Shown here one piece after another: positions 40,119 to 63,142 of a stretch of 64,000 bases of DNA. Position numbers and translations under genes: made by a program. Each line of letters begins with the position of its first letter. The first letter of the stretch is position 1. A model generated the notes under the pieces. It saw only the letters and a list, made by a program, of their open reading frames with translations, had not been told where the DNA came from and made no database searches. Source of the DNA: Octopus vulgaris (lineage: Eukaryota); the NCBI GenBank assembly GCA_951406725.2, contig OX597814.1, forward strand, positions 42,284,001 to 42,348,000, given 5' to 3'.

Positions 40119-43100
40119 GATATAGCTATCTACATACATATATACATACATATATATCGAATTTATACGGATAAACAAATTATACATTAGATATATTAAA
40201 TATTATTGTCTGGGTATGAAATAGAAAATATGTATGTATATGGATGCAATTGTGTAGATACGTATATTATACATTAAATACAGTAAGTAGAAATTAAATT
40301 GTCATACCTGTCACCGGTGGCATGGTTTGCAAAATAGGAAACGCAAAACACAGAATCAAACTTCTTGTACAGAACACTATCTATTTCTTCAGCATTTGCA
40401 GAATCACTTGAGTATCAGATAAAATGACAGCCGTTAATTTTCCCACTCTTTTTTCATAAGTTTAACTCCCACCGATATAATATATTTTCCACATTCATTT
40501 ACATGTCTATACAATGAAAGTTCGAATATTATTTGTGACGGTCGTGAACTTGCAGTGATTTTGTTTAGATAAATGAAATATAGCTGTCGACATAAGTTTC
40601 ATTGTACTGTCGAGACTAAGCAACAGATACTGACCGGATACGTAAATAAAATGCTAATAATGAATGTGGTTTTAAACTGCAGCAAGCAGTATTTGACAAT
40701 CGTTTTAAAATGCCCCTTAATGAGTCACCTGATTTGAGGCTGCTGCAAAGAAAAATGGTTGCCGTCTGTATTGTTCCTTCAACGACTTCTGTGCAATGTG
40801 AGTTTTTGTCTATCTGAGATACTAAGTAGGTAAACATTTTTGAGATTGCTCATCGCTACGTCAAAAAATAATAATAATTATAATAATAAATCAGCAGATT
40901 GCAGTTCTATGATAATGAAACACAAATTTCAGTTGTCAGATGATGTTGGGAATGAGGTCGTTAGAGTTTCTCCTTCCAAGACCTCTGGTAAACCAGCAGT
41001 CAAAACTCTATGTAATGTAAACAGTAGCAAAACTGGATAATGGGAGAAAAATACTAAATACAATGAGTGATGCAATTAAAGAGTATCTTTGCAGTTAGAG
41101 AGTACCAGTATCTATATACGTATGTGTGTTGACATTTTTTTGAAACAAAATGGAGTAGACTATAGGCTATGTGGTGTAGAATTTATGCATGTATCTATTT
41201 AAGCTGGAATACATACATCTAGTCGAAGTTCTGTAATGTTTCTTTCTAATGAAAGATCGTGATATTCTTTCATAAATAAATGTTTCTGCTGATTTTCATA
41301 TTAATTAGCATTTTTCATTATAGCTTCTTGATCTCTATAATATAACGAAGCATTTTATGAATAGCATCAGTTCCAGCAATATAAGCGATAGGTTTGAAAC
41401 TTTTACCTAGATATTACAACTGGCCCACCTTTGGACTCCAGTTACTGGAAAAGTGTTGAAATCATTATAAGAATCTTCTTTTTTTTTTTTTCTTCTTCTT
41501 CTTCTTCTTCTTCTTCTTCTTCTTCTTCTTCTTCTTCTTCTTCTTCTTCTTCTTCTTCTTCTTCTTCTTCTTCTTCTTCTTCTTCTTCTTCTTCTTCTTC
41601 TTCTTCTTCTTCGTCTCATTGGATGCATTTGTTTCTAAACTAAATATTTTCATGTAGTTTAGTTTAAACAATATCTTATATATTGTATGGTAATTGGTCT
41701 TTATTGTCTGAGCGTATTCAACTTCTTTGGAGCGGTTTTTCTGAATGTAACTCTGAGATTCATGAATTTTACAATGCTTGCAATGAAATTTGTAATCAAA
41801 TAAGACGTTTGAAATCAAATTTATCAATCACATTGGTCATTAATAACCATCGTGCTCTCACAGATGTTTGGTGCGTCATCGATAGAGAATAGTATTTTAA
41901 TATTTTATTGTTTTTAGAACACGATACGAAAGTCAATAGACGGCTATTTACAAGCTGATATTTTTTGCGAGTGTGTTGGTCTATTAAATGTTTAAGATAG
42001 CGTATTTACTTTGTGTAGTGAATTATATATATGTTTTATTTTCAATAGACCTACAAGGAGTATGTCAATTCTACCCATGCAAGATATCAGTGGTAAACCC
42101 TCTACTCAAAAGAATATTATTTCTCTTCTACAAACCACGAACTAAACACAGAAATCTAATGAGTAAAACAAAGAGCAATTAACGTGTATATAAACAAACT
42201 TCTCAAAAAATGACACAGCTGCGTCTACAGCCCAATAAAAACATCAGACAGTCGTTTCTTTAAAAAAGTAAGGAACTCATTCACAACGTGTATTGCATGA
42301 ATGAAATAGCATACTAATTAGAGTATACACACCGCAAAAATAAATATATGAAAGAACTGAAATGTATAATAGTTGGAAACCAGAATTTGCATAGCAGTAC
42401 ATTTTCACTGTCTTAAAGAGGATGCAGCTATGCGGAATAAGTTTAATGTTTTCATTAGAAAAAAGGCCACAGACGATGTTTTACCCGAAATACATTTAAC
42501 TACTTTGAACTTTTTTTCCTATTTTGATGTTTCTCACTTCTCCATTTCCTAACGTATTCAATAACTACATTTTTCTATAACATTCATTTTAGATATTTTT
42601 TTTTATAAAAATTATATATTTCGCTTCTTGTGAAGAAATATATTATAATTGTTCTGTTCGATATTCTATAATATTGAACAATTCTTTTTTCAGAGTTACA
42701 ATCAATTAAATACCTGTAAATTTAGCGTTTTTAAGATCAAATATTATCGTTTTCTTTTTCTTCTTATTCATTATCTCCCATGGTTACGAAGTCAAGCATT
42801 GCAACTAAATGCCTGCCATTAAATTCTTTTGTTCCATAGAAATACGCACGGAACCACTCCGTCTGAAGCTCTTTTCCAGAAGCCCATTCATGTTAATTCT
42901 TCTGCCATTTACGGAAGCGATTTCCTTCACCACTCATTGCATGCATACATATTATAAATGTATATTTTATAAAATTTTCGATTGCTTAAATAACTTGTAT
43001 CTTTTTAATTTTTTTTTATATTTCTCACGCGAAATTTTAAACATCAATATTGTACAATATAAAATTTGGCTTCAGAGACGAGACTTAAAAAAGCTTTATA

Positions 43101-44557
43101 CTCATTGTGTATCGTATTACTTTGAGTAGATATTTAAAATGTCATTCACGATATCATAGAACACTACCCGTGGTCTCTATTGAATGCTGTGGTAAATTAT
43201 GCAGAAATGCCATTTGAGTGAATAGTGAAGTTTGTGTTAATATACGTAATGAGAAGAGCATAAAAGTTAAAAGTAAGAAAATCTGTGCAATAGAGGAAAA
43301 TAGAATATAAGTCAAGGACATAATTTTATGATTATTTCGCAAACAGAGAAGAGAAAAATGAATATTCTTTAAAGCAATATGTTTTAGTGATTATTCCAGC
43401 ACCAGTCTGAAAGTCATAGTGAAGTCAATGGTTGGCAAAATTTTTCTCTATTACGCAAAGGACCAGTCTGCAATTTGTTTATTCTGTGCGTAGATGAATA
43501 AATACAGTAACATTAACCATTATCTAGTGCTATATTTTACTTATCTTATAATTATTTCTAATATATTTGATGACGATTACTGCATTACATGCAATATGGT
43601 AACTTAGTTTTCGTACATCCAGCTAGTTATATTTGGCTGACAGTATATAAATACAATTCTGTTTTGGTTTGTTCCCATATAAGATGGCTTCATCCTTATA
43701 TGGATATGCAATACAGTTGCAGTAGATATAATCGAAATATTTTAATTTTTCAGACCATTGTATAGGCCAAACTAGTATGAATTTCAATCATTCATTAAAA
43801 CACATTTGATAATTAAAAATTGACAAGAGTAATGTGACTATTAATTGCAAAATGATAATTTACCTTTCTTTTAAAGAGTCTAAGTTAATGAAATATTTCA
43901 AATTTAGCGTCATGAATGATTAAAAGTACATATGTACGAACCGATATTAAACATAAATAGTAGTTATATAGACGAGGCTTCACAGTTTACTTATAGCGAA
44001 AGTTTGAGTGATATACTTTAAACATATATCGTATAAGGTACCCTCGCTCCTAAGCAGAAAGACTTCGACAAATCCTCAAGTCATATCAATGGCAACAGAC
44101 ATTTTTAAAAATATCATGTAGACATGAGTATCTGAAATTTGTAAGGGACTGTTCTAGTGACTGAAGTTCCTAAAATATTTCAGATATTAGTATCAAGTGG
44201 AATGTATGGCTGGGTACACAGTTCAGCACAGTGTGTGTTGAGGAGAATGAACTAACACTATGAAAGCAGAAATATTTGGCCAATATTATTTTTTACTTTT
44301 TATGATAGTGCTTAAAGGAATTTCTACATGTTATTTATCTTATTAATCCATTAATCTGATATTAATTCAATAATATGTTTGATAATATTTTGCTGATATT
44401 TCTACAACTATTTCTTCGTTTTATCAAATATATTTCTTTATATTTGAGTTAATTGCTATAGCATTATTTCACAAATAATATAAAATCGTAAAATCCCTGA
44501 TATTATATTGAAGAAAAGCTAAAAGTCAGTAGCAGTGAAATATAACACTTTCTAGTA

Positions 44558-44670
44558 AAGACACAAGGCCTGAAATATGGGGGATGGGGACACTCGATTA
44601 TATCGACTCCAGTGTTTCACTTGAACGTAATTTATCGACTCCGAAATGATAAGAGGTAAAGTCGACTATT
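44558..44670 (-). mobile_element. SINE 3' half (duplicate at about 53928-54037)
   Basis: ACAAGGCCTGAAAT..CTCGATTATATCGACTCCAG..TTTATCGACTCCGAAATGATAAGAGGTAAAGTCGAC is the reverse complement of the SINE core. Confidence 0.75.
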
Positions 44671-45158
44671 GGGTTTAAATATAAACTAAGCTTGGTATTT
44701 CAATGAATGAAGGCATATTTTTTTTACTTTGTGGCGCCGGCACGTACTTATGTGCATTCAGGCATAATAGTTTTTCATTATCCAGTCACTACAAGATGTC
44801 GAAGAAAGTCATAAGTACCTTCCTCGAAATATTAATTAGAAGGTATAATTTATCTAGTTATCCAGTTGAGACGTTTACTGGTAAAGTTTCAAATTAGCGA
44901 AACGCAATTTACCCGTTACAATTTTGGACGAAATATGTTGCAATAATTCTATCAATCTATGTATGTACACACACACATACACACCCTACCCACCCACACA
45001 TATAAATATTCATTACGCTTTAAGTCCGGAATCGAATCAAAATTTTATAAGTTGAGATAACAGCAACCAGTCATATACGGTGTCGATGTAGTCTACTAAC
45101 ACTCTTCCCAAACATTTCAGACCTTCTGTCCAAACTAGATATATTTCTTCTTATTCTT

Positions 45159-45323
<165 letters not shown>

Positions 45324-45359
45324 GTTGTTGTTGTTGTTATCATTATCAACTTCATTGCT

Positions 45360-46300
45360 TTTGCACAGCTTCTAACGCTGGAGATGTACTACGGTGTCAG
45401 CTGTTCACTTTCAGTGAACTAAAGTAACACCTCTTATTTTTCGAGCTGCTTCCTGAGCATTCAAGCGGCTCAAAACAGTACCATTTTCTGCAAGTGCTCC
45501 ACCCTTATTGCAGCCCCTATTTGATCCATGTACTTCTCGAGATTTTCACTCACTGTTCCCAGGTCCACGATGAATATTGGTACTACACTACCATTTTCAA
45601 CGACCACAACTGCTTAACATCCAAAACTAATCTGTCATATCTATCGAATTTTCTATCTTCCTTATCGCATAATTTGTTATCAGCTGGGCATGCTGTGTGT
45701 ATGATCCAGTATCGTTTTCTTTCTTTCTCAATGAACTCTATGTCAGGCTTCCTGTTATCTATCTCATGGTCGCACTGACCCATAAAATCCCATAGGATCT
45801 TTGCATTATCATTTTCCATGATGCCTTCAGGTTTATTTTCGTAACACTTCTTTGCTCTGTCAAGTCCATACATGTTGCAAAATGTCAAATGGACAATACT
45901 CGCTATATTGTATTGACGTCTGCTATAAAATTTCTGAGTGGAGTACATTGACTTTGCAATTGCCATACAGTTTCACCATTTTGAGCACAAATTCTGCACT
46001 TGTCACTTCCTGATGTGTTGTCTATTTTGTATTTGATGTTATTCGTTCTTCGTGCTTGCTCTTGGGCAGCACAGATTACAGCCTCTGTTTCCAGTTTTAA
46101 ATCACATTTAGCCATCCACAGCCATGTTTATATATATATATATATTTTTTCATTCACTTTCAGAATTACAATTAGTGTCTTGGTGTTTAACTGCTCTTTC
46201 TAGTGAGTCAGATACCCCATTTTGAGGGTATCTCTTATGTGTTTGAATGTACTCTGTATTCTTCTCTGAATAATGTATAGTCCATTGACTAAATTTTTCC
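45360..46300 (-). mobile_element. R4/Dong-like RLE LINE 3' fragment followed by (TAA)n
   Basis: ETEAVICAAQEQA, DKCRICAQNGETVW, KILWDFMGQCDHEIDNRKPDIEFI..IIHTACPAD; (TAA)n tail at 45188-45345. Confidence 0.92.
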
Positions 46301-46330
46301 TTCTCGCTAGACCACTGGTAACAAAATTTT

Positions 46331-46430
46331 NNNNNNNNNNNNNNNNNNNNNNNNNNNNNNNNNNNNNNNNNNNNNNNNNNNNNNNNNNNNNNNNNNNNNN
46401 NNNNNNNNNNNNNNNNNNNNNNNNNNNNNN
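46331..46430. other. Assembly gap (100 N)
   Basis: Run of N exactly between the two copies. Confidence 1.
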
Positions 46431-55698
<9,268 letters not shown>

Positions 55699-55732
55699 TT
55701 CGATAAATATTCTTGCTACCCTGAGATTTTAA

Positions 55733-55769
<37 letters not shown>

Positions 55770-56928
55770 TAGACATGGACAATAGTTGTATTCTTTCTTG
55801 TCTTGAGGTTCACTGCCAAACGGCTGGGTGGATTCTCGTGAACATTGGCACACATGTGAAGACGGGTGTATAGATTAGAATGCGGTCTGTAGTTTTTCCT
55901 AGCCCCTATAGTTAACGAGAAATTCGATTAAAACTTTTCTAATGGAATTCCCCCGCCATTAAAACAGCCAGTTGCTCACACAGCCGGCATATACCATTTC
56001 GCTTGCAACAAGGAGATTACAGGATGACATTCAGCCAATGTCATACATACATATATACATACATATATACATAACCCCTCTCTCTCCTTTTCTCTGTCAG
56101 TCACTCACACATTCGCTCACTACAAAAAGTGAATAACAAAATTTCAGTTAATTCTCTCTCAACCATACATAGATACATACATATATAACGTATTTCTCTC
56201 TCTCTCTCTCTTGCTTTTTCTCTGTGAATCACTTACAATTCACTCAGTACAAAAAGTGAATAAAAAATTTCAGTTATCTCTCTCTCTTTCTTTCTCTCTC
56301 TCACATACACACACACCGGCAACATTACTTTCTCTGCCTCTTCACACACACTAACAAAAGCCATTCACATACACACCACATATTCTGTCTCGCACACCTC
56401 ATCACACACACACACCCTCACACCACACACACTCACACGCACGCACATCAATTCTTCCGCTTCACGCCAGCAGTTCACTCATACAATCGCGTTCTCCCTG
56501 TCTCTTTCGCTTTCATGCCGACTTCAAAATATCTCCTTTCCACCCAACCCCATGTTAAAAATCTAAACATTTTCTTACGGTAACCGGCGGTCATCAAAAA
56601 TGTAAATAAACATACGTGGTTTATAAGTGGTTTGTAAGTGACAGTTGTGTGTTCTCATTGCGAAAGATCGCCCAATGTTTTAATGATTAGACAGAGGTCC
56701 AGTTGAATAGCTCTGAGAAACAGACTACGTACAAGTTCGTTTTTTACAACTCCTGAAGCAGTTTTCTGACAGTGGGTGAAGGAAATTTTCACACAGCTGG
56801 AGATTGCAATCGAAACAAGGGACCCGAAATGATATGGTTGAGAAACGTTGTTATAGATTATGCATAACCGAAAACGATCATAGACACATCATCCAAATAG
56901 ACCGGGTGACACCGGGTTTAGCTGCTAC

Positions 56929-56930
<2 letters not shown>
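55770..56930 (+). mobile_element. Possible non-autonomous Helitron with an internal 120 bp tandem repeat (56042-56290)
   Basis: 3' end ACCGGGTGACACCGGGT hairpin followed by ..CTGCTAC (CTAG-like). Two internal units contain TACAAAAAGTGAATAA..AATTTCAGTTA. The 5' end is uncertain. Confidence 0.4.
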
Positions 56931-56967
<37 letters not shown>

Positions 56968-56997
56968 TTATATGCATGCATATATATGTACATACTT

Positions 56998-57700
56998 ACA
57001 TCTAGTCTGTTCAGGAGGACACACCCGGCGGGAACTTTCATAGATAATTTCCAGATATCCTTGGCCAGGCAGTGCTACCGGGGACGCTACCGGTCCGAGG
57101 AAAATTCTACCTGCACGGACGTGCTTGCTGTTCGAGAAGTGCACAATGTGGAGAAACTGTTCTGGACACCCCACTTCAGTGTCCTAGCATTGCTGACTTG
57201 TATGTATATGTCGAACAGGTGCTGCCGCGTGACGGATTGATACGCCTGTCGACCGAATCAGTTGTACTGATCGCCCCGCCGCCTTCATTCGATCGGGCAG
57301 GTAAAGCAGTTTTCCATTCACTGGTGGCTGGGGCGAAAGAGGTTATTTTGTGGACAAGGATGAAAGCATGAGAACATATACAGTCCTCTTTGAGAGAGCT
57401 CTCATTAATTTCTTCAAGTTTCACTTGGAAACGAAATTTAGAATGGGAAGGGAAGTGCTGTCTTGGAGTAACTTTATTGAAATGTGGTTGAAAGTTTCGA
57501 AAATGGCAAGAGTGAATGGTACTTCTCTAAGTGTAGACCAGTGAGTCGCAGAGAAGAAATTGGAGAGGGCACTTGCTCTTGGAGTTTCAGGAAAATATCG
57601 GTTAATGGGATTCCTCGATTATCCCTAGAAGCCTTCCTGTATGAGGAGGGCGACCTATCTATCATCCTCCCCATTACATTTTTGCTTTTTTCCTTTTCTC
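56998..57700 (+). mobile_element. Tx1/L1-like LINE ORF2 C-terminal (zf-RVT-like) fragment and 3' UTR
   Basis: Across frameshifts reads DNFQISLARQCYRGTLPVRGKFYLHGRACCSRSAQCGETVLDTPLQCPSIADLYVYVEQVL...AKEVILWTRMK. Confidence 0.8.
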
Positions 57701-58329
57701 AAACTTTTGTGCATAGCGTGTATATTTATATATGAAATACCCCATACTTTATGTTTCTCTTTTTATTCCCCGCCTCATATTTTCTGCATATACAATCTGT
57801 ATGCTTTTATCTTACATATATAAACCCATACAAAATGAAGCCTATACACATATGCACATAAATTACTGTTGCGAATATCCCAGTCTCCTGTACGTGTAGC
57901 ATGAACTCACACATAGCCACAATTACATGTACAGTCAAGCATACCTACAATTACAGACATATATTGATACAATTAATTATATATGTATATACATATCTAC
58001 ATACACAGAATTCTCTTTTGACATTGTGTTGGTTACACAGTTCATAAATCACACACAAGCATATACATTAATACTTTTACAGACATATGCATAATTCAAT
58101 CACTTCTACATAAGTACACCCACGCACACAACTCTGCATAAAGCCCTCAACACTCATACGCACACGCCTCTAGCCGATCAAAACGTACACTCACATATAG
58201 AACCAACTTTATACACAGTATCCAATGAGTTTTTTTTAATAATCACAAACCAAATCGTTTAGATATATTTTGGACTCATGAACATCAAAACACGCATACA
58301 CGCACCTATGCACACACACTCACGCACAC

Positions 58330-58379
<50 letters not shown>

Positions 58380-58621
58380 ACACACTCACATTCATGCATA
58401 TGCATACTTAGAGAGAGGAGATAAATTACATGAATAACATGAATAGGAAATATGAGGCAATGAGAAGACAGATAATATCCAGAGGCAGACGAAGCGAAAC
58501 GAAGTGTCTGTATAAGCGTAAAAGTTAGAAAGCTAAAAAATAATATACCAATGCAAAAACTGCAGAGTATGCCAAGGAGAAGTTAGTTGTGTTTATTGGA
58601 TATTCTATTTTACTTTCTGTG

Positions 58622-58720
58622 GTCATATCTCGCCGAGGTCAACTTTAGAATTCACGTTTTCAGTGTCATTAAAAATAGAATATCAACCACGTAATGCGAC
58701 CGATATAATGGACTAGCGCC
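58622..58720 (+). mobile_element. Diverged SINE core
   Basis: CGCCGAGGTCAACTTT...TTCACGTTTTCAGTGTCATTAAAA. Confidence 0.5.
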
Positions 58721-58769
58721 TTAGACATCAAAATCGCTCCCTTTTTAACATAATTGGAATTATTATGAT

Positions 58770-58995
58770 ATTTTATTTATTCTTTTCAACTCAGGTTTTG
58801 TTTGAACTGCTGGAGTTTTGCAGGTGTAACGGGCTTGGTACCTGCAGCATATGCTACCATACTGTGTGTTCTTTTCAACTATCTAAGATTTACTTTGTTA
58901 TCCTGGCTGTCCCAAAAACCTTTTGTAACAGCTCCACTGGGCAAACTATTCCGATTTTCTTTAAATTTCTTTTGATGCCTTCCGATACTGGTGCT
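58770..58995 (-). mobile_element. Short R4/Dong-like 3' end
   Basis: rc translates NLKKIGIVCPVELLQKVFGTARITK*IL, matching the LQK--LLGTARILRKVL terminus. Confidence 0.75.
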
Positions 58996-59144
58996 GTTGT
59001 TGTTGTTATTATTTATAATATTAGTAGTAGCAGCAGCAGCAGCGGATTGCTTAAAGAAGTCGTAACAGATGTCTACCGTGACTTGAGATAGATAGGGGAC
59101 AATTTCTATTTCTGCACTGTGAGTCGGCGAGCACAGTCACTGCT

Positions 59145-60140
59145 AACATCGGATACAAAAGAAACGGGATTAAGCATAAACTTTTAGACATATAACTCTG
59201 TTAAATGCCGATTTCTAATTTTTGCACAATGAATAAGCAAAGATTTATGTGCATGCCGTCGAAGGAGTGACTGGCGTTGCGCAAACGTATGGCATTCCAA
59301 GCGGATCTACCTACCACAACCTACTTCTCTTTTGAATATCCCAGAGGTAGTGGGTAAAAATACCTGACGTGATTGGGATTTTAATCAATTTGGGTCAACA
59401 AAAGCATTCTATAAGCTCTGCTACAAATAATTTGGTGACCATTCTGAAGGAGATTTTTCCCCCAAGTACAGGAAAACTGGGGTGATGTGATGGGCAGACT
59501 GGCCATTCTCACCTAGAAATCTTCCAGGAAAAAGTAATCCGTTGTGAATAAGCATATCACCGCTGATTTATATAACTGCCTGTCTGTCGTGACATTCCCA
59601 TTTCACTGAAGCGCCTACAATATTTTTCTCTGTATAAAAGTTACGTTTCATTAGTTAGGTGGTCCATTTTTTTTTTTTTTTTTTTTTGTCAAGACAGCCC
59701 GAATGCGGCAGATGAGGTCCAGACAGAGGCTGAAAATACGAAATAATCAGTTTTCTTGTAGGTGAGCATGTTTAGTTGCCGTTTATAACATTTGTTTTCC
59801 CTCTATTTCACTGAATCCTAGATGCAGCGTAGACTGGGTCAGCACAGCACAAGTGGTACCTTGAGTGCTGCCCAACTGGGTAATATAGTCGATAGAGGTT
59901 TCCCTTTGGCGTTCTATAGATGTTAGTGGCGTGCAAGAGAAAGAGCATTCACGATTCTGGTCGTCGACGAGAATCGACTAGCCTGTCTATTCCGGTGGTT
60001 TTTTGAAACCGGAGCCCATGAATAATTTACAGAAATGTTTAGCCTGCCAATTCGAGATGTACTCTATAGGCATGTAAGATCCGTCATTCTAACTGAAATG
60101 CGCACGGACTGACGAAACAATCCTGCACGCATCCGTCTAC
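59145..60140 (-). mobile_element. Possible decayed Tc1/mariner-like DNA transposon
   Basis: Faint (SPDL-P-D)YLWD echo (HYLWDIQK) and a TIR-like end CCCGTTTCTTTTGTATCCGATGT. Weak evidence. Confidence 0.3.
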
Positions 60141-60421
60141 TGTCCGTGTATAATATGAATCGCTGAGAGGGAAGAAAACACTAACTAAAATTGCTTTTAT
60201 CAAAATCTTGATCTTAATATCTTTTCTTTTACATAAACTGCTTATCTTCAACATCACCACCAGTAAGACCATCATCATTACAATAATGTCATTAACATCT
60301 ATAGCATTCCTAGTTCCTTTGTCAACTACAATTTGCTATTTTCATTGTATTTTTGAATCAATCATCAGCAATAACATTTGGGCTGTTAATCTTCTCTCCT
60401 AATGGGATTTTAGGACCAAAG

Positions 60422-60489
60422 TTCCTGCTCTCTGTTAAAATCCCCAAAGAGTGGAATATATTTAAACGATAGAGAGTTTAAATAATAAA
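60422..60489. repeat. About 68 bp direct repeat, partner at 61630-61698
   Basis: TTCCTGCT(C/G)TCTGTTAAAATCCCC..AGAGTGGAATAT..AACGATAGAGA in both places. Confidence 0.85.
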
Positions 60490-61799
60490 CACGATAGATA
60501 TTTTGCTTACGGAATTGTAATATTTTACTTAATCCTTAGCGTTCCTTGTACGCAACATATCTCGTTTACTAATTATTTGTCTTCATTTACACAGAAAGAA
60601 AATTTTACATAATCGAATTAAAATTTTGCATATAAATAATGTTTTGCTTCCTGCTTTTTCTTTATTTTATTTATCTGTTTAATCTGAAAATATCATCATT
60701 TTAAGCTAAGGTTGTATGGATGCTTCAATGTTTATTGAAATGTTATTAGATGAAAACAGCAAAATAACGATGCAATTCAAGTTATTTTGTGATGATTATA
60801 TGTTTGTTACGTGTATTTAGAAAATTGTTAATTCAATATGCAGTTTCAGAATGATGAAGTAAAAAGGCAACGAAAAACAAACAATGAACGTGTTAAATGA
60901 TATTTTAATTTCTGACACGCATCAACTTCTACGTTGTTAAAAGTCTACCATGGTAGAAGAAAAATATTTTATTGTTAAAGCCTTGACATATCGCTAAAAT
61001 TCTAGAAGTTTGTAATTCTAATTCTTTCAGAAATAAACTTAACACTGTCCGTAAATATTTTACTGGGCTGCTCTGATTTGATCTTCACGAGTTTTTGCAT
61101 GTCTATGCGTAATGCAATGATATAGTTTTACACGAATTTGTATACCTTTCGATTATTGCCTGGTCTCAGACATGAGAAGGCAAATATATTTCAGTGCTTC
61201 TTGTTACAGTTATTATCTTAGAATATATGTTGATTTGGTAAGTTAAAATTTACAAATCTATAATACCAATATATACAATGAAACTGCTTACTGCAACAAA
61301 AAAAATTGTAAATATCTTATACGATTCTTTATAATGCATGAACAGTTTGAAATAGTGCATCGGTGAAATGTAATAGAAAATAAAGATCCATTTATCAATG
61401 TGTTTAATGAGACGTCATAAAAACGCCATAAAAAGTCAGTCTCATGAAAAGAAATAATAATTAAAGATGAAAGACTAAGAGATATATTAAACTAGTGGTA
61501 AACGGTATTAAAACAAATTCTTCAAAATAGATAATATATACTTCTATATCAGCACATTTAAATATTTATGATATCTTGATGATAGTTTAGAATATGAAAC
61601 TGCCTGAAAATTTCATTATCAGAGATAAATTCCTGCTGTCTGTTAAAATCCCCGGAGAGTGGAATATCATTTAACGATAGAGAATTGAAACAACAAAATT
61701 TATTCATGCTTCAATGAGATATTTTTCTGAAAAAAGAAAACAGCTTGTACCTATTATGTTAAGGTAGCTAATATAGACATTATTAAACTGCACAATTTT

Positions 61800-61935
61800 G
61801 GCACTGGGCCCCCAATTACATGGAAGGAGATGATTACATCGACTGAAGTGCTCAACAAGTATTTATTTGATAGACCGCAGAAGGAGGAAACCCAAAGTCA
61901 AGTTAGGTATAATTGAAACTCAGAAAGTAAAGGCC
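61800..61935 (-). mobile_element. Diverged SINE copy
   Basis: GATTACATCGAC..TTATTTGATAGACCGCAGAAGGAGGAAACCCAAAGTCAA..GAAACTCAGAA matches the reverse complement of the SINE core. Confidence 0.55.
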
Positions 61936-62188
61936 TCTTGGTAATTAGTTCACCTGGTTGAAAATCCGACCAGCTAGTCGCCCTATATAGACTTATCATT
62001 ATGCACATAGATGTGGTCCAATTCCTTCTGAAGTTGTATTTTAATTTGAAGAAAAAATATATTCAGCTCAAGTGAAAACTTTAAATGATAGATGTAGAGA
62101 TCTGATGCAAAGCCTATTTATCTACCGATCTATATTTCTATCCAACTACATATATACGAAGATATATATGTATATGTGCTTGTTAAGT

Positions 62189-62219
<31 letters not shown>

Positions 62220-62289
62220 ATATAAATAATATAGAAATATTTGGATATATACATACATATATGTACATACCTACATATATACGTATATA

Positions 62290-62432
62290 TATATGCATAT
62301 ATGGGCACAGGACATCAAAAGAACGTAGACAAAGTGGGAAACGAGAATATAAAAAACAAAAACGTAGAAAACGAACTTTTTCGAATAACGAAAGAAATAA
62401 ACAAAGAAACGAGACAGACAACATAAAGAACA
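62290..62432 (-). mobile_element. Diverged relative of the 6120-6360 terminal repeat
   Basis: rc ..TTTTGATGTCCTGTGCCCATATATGCATATATA versus ..TTTGGTGTCCTGTACACATATATGCGTTTATATA. Confidence 0.5.
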
Positions 62433-63110
62433 TACATACACACACAAACATACGTATATGAGTTTGTGAGTGAGTGTATGTGTGTGGATGTGTGTGTGTA
62501 TGGACGACTGAGTGGCGGGGAACTTTTAGGAGTGAAATTTTTATTAGTATCCACCAAACAACTTGTGCTAATAAATATGAAATGTACAATATAATGATTC
62601 TACTATGGTGGTTTTGACTCTTACATTATTGGAATACTTTTTTCTAGCTTTATATTGAGTCTTAATAAGTGTTACTTTTGCGTCCTCTGTAAATATATAG
62701 GTTTACATCAAATAGCTTAAATAAGTAATTATATTCACTGTCACATTTGATTAAATCCTTTCTTAATCTGACTTAATTATATCCTACTGACAAAGATTTC
62801 ACCGTTGCCTTTCTTGAGAAAATAGTTATCTGTAAGTTTCATTCCCCTACTGAGTAGTCGAGACAATTTGTGAACTTCGCAAAATATATCTGTACTCCAA
62901 ATATTGCTGAAATAAGCAATGCTAACACATCTCAATGGATTGTCAGAGTAATGATTCTGGTCACGTTTTTATCAGTTTCCATTTGATGGTATATTTGCCC
63001 ACGGAAAAATTATTTCAGTGTGAAATTAGGAATTGGAACGAATGAAAATACTTTATAGTGTAGAATAAAATATATAACGATGCCTACTGGCATGCATGCA
63101 CACATACACG

Positions 63111-63142
<32 letters not shown>

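Noticed and set aside
56042-56290. Repeat-spacer (CRISPR-like) arrangement
   Set aside because: Only two degenerate 120 bp units in a eukaryotic repeat; no unique spacers or cas genes.
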